DNA of 64,000 bases from contig OZ219856.1 in the NCBI GenBank assembly GCA_964291395.2, forward strand, positions 1,952,001 through 2,016,000. Reading direction: 5' to 3'. Source of the stretch: Alphaproteobacteria bacterium. Lineage in GTDB: Bacteria > Pseudomonadota > Alphaproteobacteria > UBA2966. Below, piece after piece: positions 1 through 9,656 of this stretch. The first letter of the stretch is position 1; the number at the start of each line of letters is the position of its first letter. The notes beneath the pieces were generated by a model. That model ran no database searches and had not been told where the DNA came from. It saw nothing but the letters and a program-made list of their open reading frames with translations. Both the position numbers and the translations under genes were made by a program.

Positions 1-124
1 CCAGCGCCCGCAACGGTTCGGATATCGCGACGTCAAAGGCGACGACGCCGTCACCGCGCGCGACCAACCTCTCGAGAAGCGCCATTCCCGTGAAGCCACC
101 GGCGCCCGTCACGAATACCTTCAT
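1..124 (-). CDS. NAD-dependent epimerase/dehydratase family protein (5' part; runs off the window)
   Basis: Manual translation from ATG at 124: MKVFVTGAGGFTGMALLERLVARGDGVVAFDV, an extended-SDR TGxxGxxG motif. Confidence 0.8.
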   Translation of the reverse strand, partial: MKVFVTGAGGFTGMALLERLVARGDGVVAFDVAISEPLRAL

Positions 125-153
125 CTGTCCTCTCCGGATCGCCCGCGGCGACG

Positions 154-1179
154 CTACAACCGATACACCCGCGCCGCCGTGTCGTGGTAAAGGGCCGCCT
201 TCTCGGCGTCCGAATAGTTCGCGGTCAGGCGCTTGAACGAATTCCACAGCACGACGTAGCCGCAGCTGATCATGTCGACGGGAAAGTTGGACTCGAACAT
301 GCAACGGTCCGGACCGAAGGCGTCGATGGTGTGCTCGTAATAGCGTCGCGTCGCCTCCATGAGCTCGACGCTGGTCGGCGGCCGCTCCCGCTCGTGCCAG
401 CCGAAGCCGTTGAGATCCATGTTGATGCCGCCGAGCTTGGCGACCACGTTGGGGCAGGTCGCGAGATCGGCAATGTCCCGACTCCAGCTCTCGAATATCT
501 CGTCCCGCCTGTCCGCATAGGAACCGACCCCGAGCGGTCCGCCGAAATGATCGAGGACGATCGTGGTGCCGGGAAAGGCGCGGGCGAGGTCGGCGACCTC
601 GGGCAACTGGGGATGGAAACACCACGCCTCGAAGCTGAGGTCCCGCGGGCCCAGCTCGGAGAACCCCTCGCGGAATTTCGAGTCGAGCATCAGGCTCGGC
701 CCCGAATTCGTGCGCGGCGGCGGGAAGTGACCCGTCTCCTCCCAGGTCACGATGTGCCGGATACCGCGAAAGCGGCCGCCACCCGCGGCGATTTGCGCAT
801 CGAGCACGGCACCGACGGCGCTTCCCAGCGACAGGTTCGCGTGGCCCACGATCCCCGCCGCGATACGCGCGTCGCCGTAGAGGCCCGAGGCGCTCATGGC
901 CGCGATGCCGTTGACGAACTCGACCTCCCCGACGACCCGCATCTCCTCGGGACCGTCCTTCCTGTACATCGCGGCGCACTCGATGAAGACCGTCGAGACG
1001 ATGTTGTGCCCGGCGTTGATATCCGCCAGGAGATCGTCGAGCAGGTAATGATGGACCGGCCGTTCGTACCGGAATTCCCAGAAATGATGGTGGGGGTCGC
1101 AGATCGGCAGGTCGGGCTCGAGCGCTTCCTCGACCGTCTTGTCGATCCATTCCTTGTTCGTCGAATCAACCGTGGGCAT
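154..1179 (-). CDS. Amidohydrolase 2 family protein (lactonase-like)
   Basis: DPHHH metal motif, VLDH and FESNFP motifs; 341 aa. Confidence 0.85.
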   Translation of the reverse strand: MPTVDSTNKEWIDKTVEEALEPDLPICDPHHHFWEFRYERPVHHYLLDDLLADINAGHNIVSTVFIECAAMYRKDGPEEMRVVGEVEFVNGIAAMSASGLYGDARIAAGIVGHANLSLGSAVGAVLDAQIAAGGGRFRGIRHIVTWEETGHFPPPRTNSGPSLMLDSKFREGFSELGPRDLSFEAWCFHPQLPEVADLARAFPGTTIVLDHFGGPLGVGSYADRRDEIFESWSRDIADLATCPNVVAKLGGINMDLNGFGWHERERPPTSVELMEATRRYYEHTIDAFGPDRCMFESNFPVDMISCGYVVLWNSFKRLTANYSDAEKAALYHDTAARVYRL

Positions 1180-1356
1180 CGAAGTTTCCGCCGCTGGCAG
1201 TTGCGTGGTCCGCCCGGCCGGACCGTCGCGTAAAGCGGACCGCGCCGCGCCGCCGGGCGCCGCAAACGTTAAGCGACTTTCGAGGTTCGCGATAGGGCCG
1301 ACGACCCGTCAGGGACGGCGCGTGAGCGACGACGAGGAGCCGGAGGGCCTCGCCAC

Positions 1357-2631
1357 TCATCCCAGGCATGTCCGGACCTGATTGGCGGTGAAGACCAGTT
1401 GGTGGAGCCGGGCCATGACCGGGGCCGAGGGAACCGCCTTCGGACCGGTGACCGGCAGAGGGAGAGCCTCTTCCTTGCCGCCGTCCAGCAGCTCGGCCAT
1501 GGCTTGGCCGAACACGGTGCCGGGCGCGATACCGCGTCCGTTGTATCCGATCGGTGTGTAGAGACCTTCGGCCAGACGATGGATGCGCGGCAGGTGATCC
1601 GGCGTCATGGCGAGCTGGCCGTGCCAGGATGCCTCGAAATCGACGCCGCCGAGCGCCGGAAAGATCCTCTCCAGATTCCGCTCCGCCCACCGCCGGGAGA
1701 GGCCCCGCTCGCCGCCCACAACCTTGCCCATGGATCCGATGATCAGCCGGCCAGACGCATCGCGGCGCAGGGAAAGCATGATGGTTCCCGTGTCCCACAA
1801 GCCCTGCCCTCCGGGCAGGATGGCCTTCGCGCGATCACCCAACGGAGTCGTCGCGAGCTGGAAGTAGTGGATGATCGTGAAGGTACGCCTGAGACCCGGC
1901 CACAGATCGTCGGAATAGGCGTTGGTGCCCAACACCACCGAGTCGGCCGTGACGGTGCCCCGATCGGTGTGGACGGTCCATTTGCCGCTCTCGCGGCGCA
2001 GCCCGCGTGCCGTCACACCCGTCGAGACCCTCGCGCCCGCCGCCAGCGCCGCGCGGGCCAGACCGCGGACGTAGCCCATCGGATTGATCGTTCCCGCGCG
2101 GTGATCCAGCAATCCACCGAAAAAGGCCGTGCTGCCGATTCTCTCCGATGCCTTCTCTCGGGACAGCAGGTCCACGGGCGCACCGAGCCGGTACCACTCC
2201 TCGGCGCGCCGCGCGAGACCTTCGTATCCTTTCGAAGAATGCGCGGCATGAATCGTGCCTTTGCGGCTCGCTTCGCAGCGGATCTGATGGCGCTCGATGA
2301 GCGAAAATACGTAAGCCGGTGCCTCGCTCAACACCGTGATCAGGCGCGATCCGCGTTCCTCGCCGAGCCGCGCGCGCACATCCTGCGGCGGCAACCAGAC
2401 ACCGGCATTGACAAGTCCGGCGTTGCGGCCGGAGCCTCCATATCCGACGTGACCGGCCTCCAGGACATGACAGTCGATTCCGCGCTCGGCCGCGTGGAGC
2501 GCCGTCGAGAGTCCCGTATAGCCGCCACCGACGATGGCCACGTCCGTGGCGACGTCGCCGATCATCGGGAAAGCATGATCGGCTTCCTCGGCCGTGACGT
2601 CCCAGAGCGAGATTCTCGGACGATCGTTCAT
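1357..2631 (-). CDS. FAD-dependent oxidoreductase, DAO/PuuB family (L-pipecolate oxidase-like)
   Basis: GGGYTG, GSGRNAG and GYNGRGI motifs; start placed at MNDRPRISLW (2631). Confidence 0.85.
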   Translation of the reverse strand: MNDRPRISLWDVTAEEADHAFPMIGDVATDVAIVGGGYTGLSTALHAAERGIDCHVLEAGHVGYGGSGRNAGLVNAGVWLPPQDVRARLGEERGSRLITVLSEAPAYVFSLIERHQIRCEASRKGTIHAAHSSKGYEGLARRAEEWYRLGAPVDLLSREKASERIGSTAFFGGLLDHRAGTINPMGYVRGLARAALAAGARVSTGVTARGLRRESGKWTVHTDRGTVTADSVVLGTNAYSDDLWPGLRRTFTIIHYFQLATTPLGDRAKAILPGGQGLWDTGTIMLSLRRDASGRLIIGSMGKVVGGERGLSRRWAERNLERIFPALGGVDFEASWHGQLAMTPDHLPRIHRLAEGLYTPIGYNGRGIAPGTVFGQAMAELLDGGKEEALPLPVTGPKAVPSAPVMARLHQLVFTANQVRTCLG

Positions 2632-2904
2632 GGCGACGGATCGATCGGAAAAGCCTGGCGCGGCCGACCGCTTCGGGTGGAAGACCACGCTGCATGGAAA
2701 CCGGTCACGACACCAATCCTGACGGCGGGACGTGCAGCAGCAGCCTATTCGAACGTCGACAGAAGAGCGAACCCGCGGCGGACGAACTCCCGGGGCCAGC
2801 GCAGTACGGCGGCCGCGGCGAACCATGGGCCGTCCGGCGGCCGTCGGCCGCCACGCCGGGGTTGGTTTCAGCCGACTCCACCAAGCCATTCGCTTCAGGA
2901 AAGA

Positions 2905-3354
2905 TCATTTTTCCCGACGGCCTTCGAACAGTTCCTTGCCCTCGCCGCCGAACCGGGTTGCGAAGTAGCCGATGATCAGACCGACGATCCCACCCTCGAG
3001 CGTAAACCAGAAAGGCGAGGTGAACGCATTCGTTGCACCGAACATCGCCACCAACGCGGCGGCCATAGCGTCGTAGGCGAAGAAGGTGAGAACGAAGTTC
3101 ATCCAAGCGCCGATCAGCGGTGCCTGGAACCACCAGGGCATCGGCAGATGCAGTACCGGGTGGCGGGTGAAAACGCCGGACAGGCCGATGAAGGCGCCCA
3201 TGGTGGGGTACCACAGCAGGATGCCCCATCGGATGAGCGGGTCGGCTTCGGGCCAGAACGCCGGCATCGAGACGAAACCGATCAACCCGATTGCGAACCC
3301 GACCAGCTTGCCGATCGCGATGCGAGCCGTCAGAGAAGGTTTGCCGAATATCAT
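2905..3354 (-). CDS. Hypothetical membrane protein (about 4 TM segments)
   Basis: 149 aa with four hydrophobic segments; GAGGGA upstream of the start. Confidence 0.7.
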   Translation of the reverse strand: MIFGKPSLTARIAIGKLVGFAIGLIGFVSMPAFWPEADPLIRWGILLWYPTMGAFIGLSGVFTRHPVLHLPMPWWFQAPLIGAWMNFVLTFFAYDAMAAALVAMFGATNAFTSPFWFTLEGGIVGLIIGYFATRFGGEGKELFEGRREK

Positions 3355-3538
3355 CGCTCATCCCCTCGCAGCAGAATCGACCGGCGACCCTGCGTTCCCG
3401 TAGTCCCCCCAGAGAATCCGGTCAACTCCACCATCGCTCCTCCTTGTGCTAGTGTTCGCGGGAGGAGGTCGCGAGCATGCGATCTCCACCGAGGGTGAAC
3501 GAGCCCGACCGCGGGTATCGTTCCGAGGGAGGATCAAC

Positions 3539-4597
3539 ATGCAAAAAGCGATAGCTACTCTCAGTTCCGTTGCCTTGGTTGCATTGGTCACGATCGGTGC
3601 CGCGAATTCGGTACAAGCACAGGACAAGATAAACCTGGTCCTGGGCTCAGCCGACAACCCACTCTGGACGTCCGCCATCGTCGCAGAAGAACATATGCCC
3701 AAGCTTCTCGACGAGTATTCGGACGGCCGCATCACCACGGAAAGGTTTTTCGGAGGCAAGCTCTGCAGCGAGCACAACTGCGTCGAGCAGATGGGCCAGG
3801 GTACCGTCGATATCGCGAAGATCTCGCTCTACAACGTCGGCGCTTTCGGACAGACCTTCGACTTCATCAATCTGCCGCTGCTGTGGAAGGACGCCGACGC
3901 CGTCAAAGACATCTTCGATCGCTGGCTCTGGGACGAAGTGCGCGCCCGGGCCGCGGAGGAACTGGGATTTCATTTCCAGAGCCTCGCTTTCCTGTGCGGC
4001 TTTCGCCAACACCTGAACAACGTCCGTCAGGTGAAAACGCCAGCGGACATCGAGGGCATCAAGATCCGGGTCACCAAGAGCCCGATCGACTTCGAACTGC
4101 ACAAGAGCTGGGGCGCCGTACCCGTTCCCTACGATTGGTCACAACTTTACATGGGACTCCAGGCCAACATCGTCAACGGCATCTACATTCCGGATTGCCA
4201 TCTCGTCCTCGACAAGCACGATGAAGTGATCTCCCACGCAACGATCATCGACGGGACGTGGAACGGCCAGATGCAGCTCATGGATCTCAAGCGGTTCCAG
4301 AAGTATCCGCAGTGGGCGCAGGACGCCATCGCAAGGACGGGGCGCGAGCTGTTCGACATCTCCTACGAGCTGGACAAGAATTTCAACGAAAGCCAGCGCG
4401 CGGAGATCGAGAAGCGTGGCCGCGCCACGATCTACTTCCCCACCGAGGCGGAACTGGATCTCTGGCGCGAGGCGTCGCTCGGCGCGTGGAAGGCGATGAA
4501 GGGCCAGTTCGACGCCAAGCTGGTTCGGCGCATCCTCGAGGAGCAGGAGGGGATGACCAAATTCCTCGAGGTGGTGGAGTCGCGGGGACTGCTGTAG
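3539..4597 (+). CDS. dctP: TRAP transporter substrate-binding protein (DctP family), no adjacent dctQM
   Basis: Signal peptide MQKAIA...VQA; VKTPADIEGIKIRV and WGAVPVPYDWSQLYMGLQ motifs; GGAGGA RBS. Confidence 0.88.
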   Translation: MQKAIATLSSVALVALVTIGAANSVQAQDKINLVLGSADNPLWTSAIVAEEHMPKLLDEYSDGRITTERFFGGKLCSEHNCVEQMGQGTVDIAKISLYNVGAFGQTFDFINLPLLWKDADAVKDIFDRWLWDEVRARAAEELGFHFQSLAFLCGFRQHLNNVRQVKTPADIEGIKIRVTKSPIDFELHKSWGAVPVPYDWSQLYMGLQANIVNGIYIPDCHLVLDKHDEVISHATIIDGTWNGQMQLMDLKRFQKYPQWAQDAIARTGRELFDISYELDKNFNESQRAEIEKRGRATIYFPTEAELDLWREASLGAWKAMKGQFDAKLVRRILEEQEGMTKFLEVVESRGLL

Positions 4598-4632
4598 TCC
4601 GGCACGGAACTCACCGTACATCCGTTTTTTGG

Positions 4633-4661
4633 GGGGCACGCCGAACGGTGTGCCCCTCCTT
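4633..4661 (+). terminator. GC-rich hairpin downstream of dctP
   Basis: GGGGCACGCCG-AA-CGGTGTGCCCC inverted repeat with T runs nearby. Confidence 0.5.
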
Positions 4662-4894
4662 TATGTGGATGCGCCGTTGCCATCGCGCAGAAGATGAATC
4701 GGCGGAACGGAGCCGGGTGGCCAGCCCGGCACGATGATCGTTTTCAGGAACCGGCAGCCGGCACCTGTCGCTGCCGGCGAGGAAGCCGAGCGCCCTGGAC
4801 CGGATAGCCTCGCCGGGGGAACGGCGGGCCGAGCGATGCCGATCCGAATCGAACGACGGTTTTCTTCAAAGGATACAGGAAGGGCGATCGAACC

Positions 4895-5764
4895 ATGAGG
4901 CGCGAAACGATCGGATTCATCGGGCTAGGCAACATCGGCAAGCCCATGGCGGACAACATCGCCCTGGCGGGCTTCGACATGGCGGTCTATGACGTCGCCG
5001 GTACGCCAGAGCGAGCGCCGGAGGGCGCGACGGTAGGTGGGTCGGCCGCCGAGGTCGCCGGCCAGTCCACCGCGATCTTCCTGAGTCTCCCCACCATCGA
5101 GGCCGTCGCGGCGGTCGTCGAGGAAATCGTCGAGAGCGACGCCGGTGACGACGTCATCGTGGTCAATACGTCCACGGTGTCGCCGGAAACCTCCGTGGCT
5201 GCGCATGAACGGCTCACGGCGCGAGGTATCGGCTATGTCGACGCGCCGATTTCCGGGGGTGTCCCGAAGGCGCGCGACAGAACCCTGACCGTCATATATT
5301 CGGGCGATGAAGCGGCTTTTGCCAGGCTGGAGCCGGTGTTTCAGGCGATCTCCGAGCACATCTTCCGTGTCGGCGACGAGGCCGGACAGGCTCAGCGCAT
5401 GAAGCTGCTGAACAACTACCTCGCCATCATCGCGATGGTCGCCAACAGCGAAGCGTTGGCCTACGGCACCGCAGGCGGTCTCGACATGAAAACCATGCTC
5501 GACGTGATCAACGTCTCGTCCGGACAGAACTTCATGAGCTCGACCTGGTTCCCGAGATGCCTGTTATCGGGCGTTTACCAGTGTTGGTCCACGGCGGGGA
5601 TCATTCACAAGGATCTCTCCCTGTTCGTGAAATCGGCTGCCGCCGAACACCGCAGTCATCACGCGGCACGGGCGGCGCTCGACGTCGTTGAGGCTTTCGC
5701 CGCCGAAGATCCCGAGGTCGATCAGATGTACATCTACGATTTCATTCGCGACAGGACGGGCTGA
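4895..5764 (+). CDS. 3-hydroxyisobutyrate dehydrogenase / beta-hydroxyacid dehydrogenase family
   Basis: GFIGLGNIG, DAPISGG and KLLNN motifs. Confidence 0.88.
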   Translation: MRRETIGFIGLGNIGKPMADNIALAGFDMAVYDVAGTPERAPEGATVGGSAAEVAGQSTAIFLSLPTIEAVAAVVEEIVESDAGDDVIVVNTSTVSPETSVAAHERLTARGIGYVDAPISGGVPKARDRTLTVIYSGDEAAFARLEPVFQAISEHIFRVGDEAGQAQRMKLLNNYLAIIAMVANSEALAYGTAGGLDMKTMLDVINVSSGQNFMSSTWFPRCLLSGVYQCWSTAGIIHKDLSLFVKSAAAEHRSHHAARAALDVVEAFAAEDPEVDQMYIYDFIRDRTG

Positions 5765-5821
5765 CTCCGGACACCCGGACGGGGCAGAAAGGGTCGGGCG
5801 AGAAGGACAGCTCGATCGTCT

Positions 5822-5859
5822 GCCCTCAGGCGGGAGAGAGGTGATGCCCGCCTGAGGGC
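5822..5859. terminator. 13-bp-stem inverted repeat between convergent genes
   Basis: GCCCTCAGGCGGG-12nt-CCCGCCTGAGGGC. Confidence 0.5.
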
Positions 5860-6149
5860 GCCCAGGCCACCGGACGGGAGGGAATGGGAAATCCGTCCGG
5901 CGTCCGACGGTGTTACCACGTGTACCAAGCTTGTTCCCCGATCATGACGGCGCCCGTCGATAAGAACAAATACCGTTTTCTTCCGGTTCAGATAAGAAAT
6001 TCTATGACTCTGGAGGCGTTGCCGGCAGGCAGCCGGGACGGGAAGAGACGTGCCAGCACACAGGACGGCGTCCGACGCCGCTCCCGGGGATCGGATTGCT
6101 CCGCAAGCCGAGCGCGTCATCGACACCTCGGTCCCCGGGCGCCTGCGCC

Positions 6150-6788
6150 TTACTCCGCCTTGGAGAAGTCTCCGGTGTCCGGGTTCATCGTCCACAGTTC
6201 GCCGTCGGCGACATCGAACCAGGCGCCGTGCAGGCTGAGCCGGTTGCTGTTCTCGAGAATCGAGACATAAGGGAAGGTTCGCAGGTTCGCGATCGAACAG
6301 CGTACCGACGCGCGTTCGAGAGCGGTTTGCTGCTCGGCGCCCGTCAACCGGCCGTCGCCCGCTATGGCGCGTGCGGCGGGCCGGAGCGGTTTCATCCAAT
6401 TGCCGACGAAGTCGCCTGGAGACAGCGGTTCCGCCGTCGGATGCAGTACCGCCCGGATACCGCCGCAGCGCCCGTGGCCGAGCACGACGATGTGCCTGAC
6501 CTTCAGGCTCTGCACAGCGAATTCGAGCGCGGCGGAGGTGGCATGACAAGCGCCGTCCGGTTCATGGGGCGGCACCAGATTGGCGACGTTGCGGACGACG
6601 AAGATCTCGCCCGGGGCGGCATCGAAGATGGTCTCCGGCGCCGACCGGGAATCGCAGCAGGCGATCATCATGATCTCCGGCGCTTGCCCGGACTCAGCGA
6701 GCGAGCGGTAAAGGGCGTGTTCCCGGGCATACCGGTTGTCCTTGAACGAACGGTAGCCATCGAGAAGCGATCCGGGGAAACTGGTCAT
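6150..6788 (-). CDS. Beta-class carbonic anhydrase
   Basis: CCDSR, RNVANLV and HGRCGG zinc motifs; ATG at 6788 (alternative TTG start at 6800). Confidence 0.93.
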   Translation of the reverse strand: MTSFPGSLLDGYRSFKDNRYAREHALYRSLAESGQAPEIMMIACCDSRSAPETIFDAAPGEIFVVRNVANLVPPHEPDGACHATSAALEFAVQSLKVRHIVVLGHGRCGGIRAVLHPTAEPLSPGDFVGNWMKPLRPAARAIAGDGRLTGAEQQTALERASVRCSIANLRTFPYVSILENSNRLSLHGAWFDVADGELWTMNPDTGDFSKAE

Positions 6789-7388
6789 CGTGTTCGGCAA
6801 TTCAGATCGTGGGCGTGTTCAGAACATCCGAGGAGCCAAGTCCTGGACCCTTGGCTCCTCAGTCCATTCGCGGTGAGACTTCCGGCTCACCACCCTTTGA
6901 TTAAAGCCGCTCCCCATGGCAGGCGCAAACCCGACCCCGCGCGGAGCGCGGCAAACTCCGGCCTGTCACAGGGTGGCGCAGGTCGGCGCGAAAGGAGAGA
7001 TCCGCCGCCGACTTTCGTATTGATTTCATATCGAAATGACACGGTCGGGCTCGACGGCAGGGAGAAGGGAGAAGACACCGGACCGTTCAGCGGAGTTCAA
7101 GGAAGGGGACTAGTGAAAAGTTCGGGGTCTCGTCGAGTCCATATGCATTATCTGTGTATCATTCCAATGATGGCAAGGCAGTTCACAATCGCCTCCGCAG
7201 CCCGGTCGATGAGGACCATCGGCGCCGATATCAGGGACCACGGGCCGTCTTAGACTTCACCGATACCGATGGTCCTCATCCCCGGATTGCTGTCCGAGAC
7301 CCCCGACGTCACTATCGAGGAGCTGGGCCGGTGTCTTGCCGGGCACCGACCGGGCTACAGGTCGTGTTTCCGGGAACTCTGGAAGCGG

Positions 7389-8444
7389 TCAGCCCCTGCC
7401 AAGACATTCGGAGAATGCATCGCCCAGACCGCGCATGATCTCGAACCAAGCGTCCGGGCCGGGCTCAACTTCGACACCGAGCGGGTCGAGAGCCGCAGTC
7501 CGGATTCCGGCTCCCTCGGCCACGGTCCGGACCAAGCCCGGCTCAAACTGGGGTTCGGTAAACATGCAGCGGACATCGTGCTCGTCGAGAGCGGCACGCA
7601 ACTCGGCGATCCGTTTTGCGCCCGGCGGGCGGGCGGGGTCGAGAGAGACGGCTCCCTTGCCGTTGAGCCCGAACGAAAACTCAAAATACTGATAGGCATC
7701 GTGGAATACGATGAACGCATGCGGGCGCACGGGCGCCAACCGGTTTCGAAGCGACGATTCCAGGGCGGCGATGCGGTCTCGCACCACCTCCGCGTTGCCG
7801 CGATAGGTCCCGGCACGGTCGGGGTCCAAGCGAGTGAGCGCGTCGGCGATGACATCGACAATGCGGCGAGCATTGGAGGGGTCGAGCCAGATATGCATGT
7901 TGAACTCGCCATGGTCATGGCCGTGGTCCTCGTGCTCGTCGACATGGGCCTCCGAATGGTCGTCGTGCTCGTCGACGAATGGTCCTCGGCCTCCGTGGGC
8001 CTCCGAATGGTCGTCGTGCTCGTCGACGTGGGCCTCCGAATGGTCGTCGTGTTCGTCGACATGGGCCTCCATATGGTCGTCGTCCCATATCCCGCCTTCG
8101 CGATTGGGCAGCAATCTTAGCCCCGCCGCCTCGTGCAGGGTCACGACCTTGGCCTTGGATCCAAGGTTCGCGATGGGGCGTTCGAGGAAGGTCTCCATGG
8201 CTTCGCCGATCCAGACGATCAGCTCCGCCTCGCTCAGCGCCCGAGCCTCGGACGGGCGCATCTGGTAGGTGTGAGGCGACGCGGCGCCCCCGAGCAGCAG
8301 CCGGGGCTTACCGGCTTCGCCCATTACGCCGGCGACCAAGGAATGGATCGGTTTGAGACTCACTACGACATCGGCCGCGCGCGTGTCCGGTGCGTGCACG
8401 ACGGCCAGGGCGCAGAGAACGGCGAAAACGAGCGCTTTACGCAT
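7389..8444 (-). CDS. znuA: Zinc ABC transporter substrate-binding protein ZnuA
   Basis: Signal peptide; SLKPIHSLV, SPHTY, HIWLDP and FHDAYQY motifs; His/Asp/Glu-rich loop. Confidence 0.95.
   Translation of the reverse strand: MRKALVFAVLCALAVVHAPDTRAADVVVSLKPIHSLVAGVMGEAGKPRLLLGGAASPHTYQMRPSEARALSEAELIVWIGEAMETFLERPIANLGSKAKVVTLHEAAGLRLLPNREGGIWDDDHMEAHVDEHDDHSEAHVDEHDDHSEAHGGRGPFVDEHDDHSEAHVDEHEDHGHDHGEFNMHIWLDPSNARRIVDVIADALTRLDPDRAGTYRGNAEVVRDRIAALESSLRNRLAPVRPHAFIVFHDAYQYFEFSFGLNGKGAVSLDPARPPGAKRIAELRAALDEHDVRCMFTEPQFEPGLVRTVAEGAGIRTAALDPLGVEVEPGPDAWFEIMRGLGDAFSECLGRG
7925..8088 (-). repeat. 33-nt tandem repeats encoding the ZnuA His-rich loop (EHDDHSEAHVD)n
   Basis: About 4-5 near-identical units GTCGACRTGGGCCTCCGAATGGTCGTCGTGYTC on the + strand. 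Confidence 0.9.
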
Positions 8445-8682
8445 GGTCAGACCCCTTAATCGATGGCCGAGCGAGAGCGATGGTTGGCCAGCAGAACGCA
8501 TCGCCGGGTTCCGGAAACCAGTGACTTTGAATGACCGTGCGACAGGCGGAACGCGCGGAGCCCCGTCCGTCTCCGGCCATCGAGACGCCGGCTCTCCATA
8601 TGGAACGAAACAGTCGGTTTCGAGCCTCATCACGTTGTCGAGCAGAGCCAAAACACGGCCTCGGGCAAACGACCCTTGATTA

Positions 8683-8703
8683 GTAATGTTATATAATATA
8701 GAG
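8683..8703. promoter_or_regulatory. Putative Zur operator between divergent znuA and znuCB
   Basis: AT-rich GTAATGTTATATAATATAGAG contains a strong ATGTTATA Zur half-site; position fits. Confidence 0.6.
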
Positions 8704-8840
8704 CTTTTTGCAATGCTCTCCTCCAAGAGAGCCTCCATAATCGGCGACGCATCCGCCGATACCCTGGAGACGGCACCGCTCGTGAAGACCAATGGGGTAA
8801 GCACGGGAAACGTCACTTTGCGGTGTCCAAGGATTTCCCC

Positions 8841-9656
8841 ATGACCCCCACACCGTCCGGTGACCCCAAGCACCCCATGCCGCTCATCGAGGCGCAGGGC
8901 GTGAGCGTAAGCTTCGGGCGGCGGAACGTGCTCGACGCGGTAGACCTCAAGGTCCGCGCCGGAGAGATCGTGACCTTGGTGGGGCTCAACGGCGCGGGCA
9001 AATCGACGCTCATCCGCGCCATACTCGGCATCATCCGGCCGGATCTCGGCAAGATAATGCGCGCTCCCGGCCTGCGCATCGGCTATTCGCCGCAGCACGT
9101 ACACCGCGACCCGATCCTGCCGATGACGGTGCAGCGTTTTCTGACCCTTGGCGCACCGGCGCCGCGCGAAAAGCTCGAAGCCATGCTCGACGAGGTCGGT
9201 GCCGATGCCATTCTCGATTATCCGCTGGCGGAGATCTCCGGTGGAGAAATGCAGCGCGTGCTGCTCGCACGGGCGCTGCTGCGCGAGCCCGGCCTGCTCG
9301 TTCTCGACGAGCCACTAGCGGGTGTCGACGTCACCAGTCAGAGCGATCTCTACCGGCTGATCGCGACGATTCGGGATCGCTACGGCTGCGGGGTGCTCCT
9401 GGTCTCGCACGATCTCCATCTGGTCATGGCCGCGACGGATACCGTGGTGTGCCTCAACCGGCACGTGTGCTGCACGGGTCAGCCGCAGATGGTGCTGCAC
9501 GACCCCGAGTTCATCTCTCTTTTCGGTCCGCACCTGTCGGACACGCTCGCGATCTACCGGCACTTGCACGATCACCGCCACGACGCGCTTGGCGAACCGC
9601 TGCCGATCGATTCCGGTGTATCGCAGGGATCTCATACATCCGGCCAGCATCCGTGA
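8841..9656 (+). CDS. znuC: Zinc ABC transporter ATP-binding protein ZnuC
   Basis: GLNGAGKST, ISGGEMQR, LDEP; CLNRHVCC and His-rich C-terminus. Confidence 0.95.
   Translation: MTPTPSGDPKHPMPLIEAQGVSVSFGRRNVLDAVDLKVRAGEIVTLVGLNGAGKSTLIRAILGIIRPDLGKIMRAPGLRIGYSPQHVHRDPILPMTVQRFLTLGAPAPREKLEAMLDEVGADAILDYPLAEISGGEMQRVLLARALLREPGLLVLDEPLAGVDVTSQSDLYRLIATIRDRYGCGVLLVSHDLHLVMAATDTVVCLNRHVCCTGQPQMVLHDPEFISLFGPHLSDTLAIYRHLHDHRHDALGEPLPIDSGVSQGSHTSGQHP

Noticed and set aside
7925-8088. 33-nt repeats as a CRISPR array
   Set aside because: No unique spacers; they are in-frame coding repeats of the ZnuA His loop.
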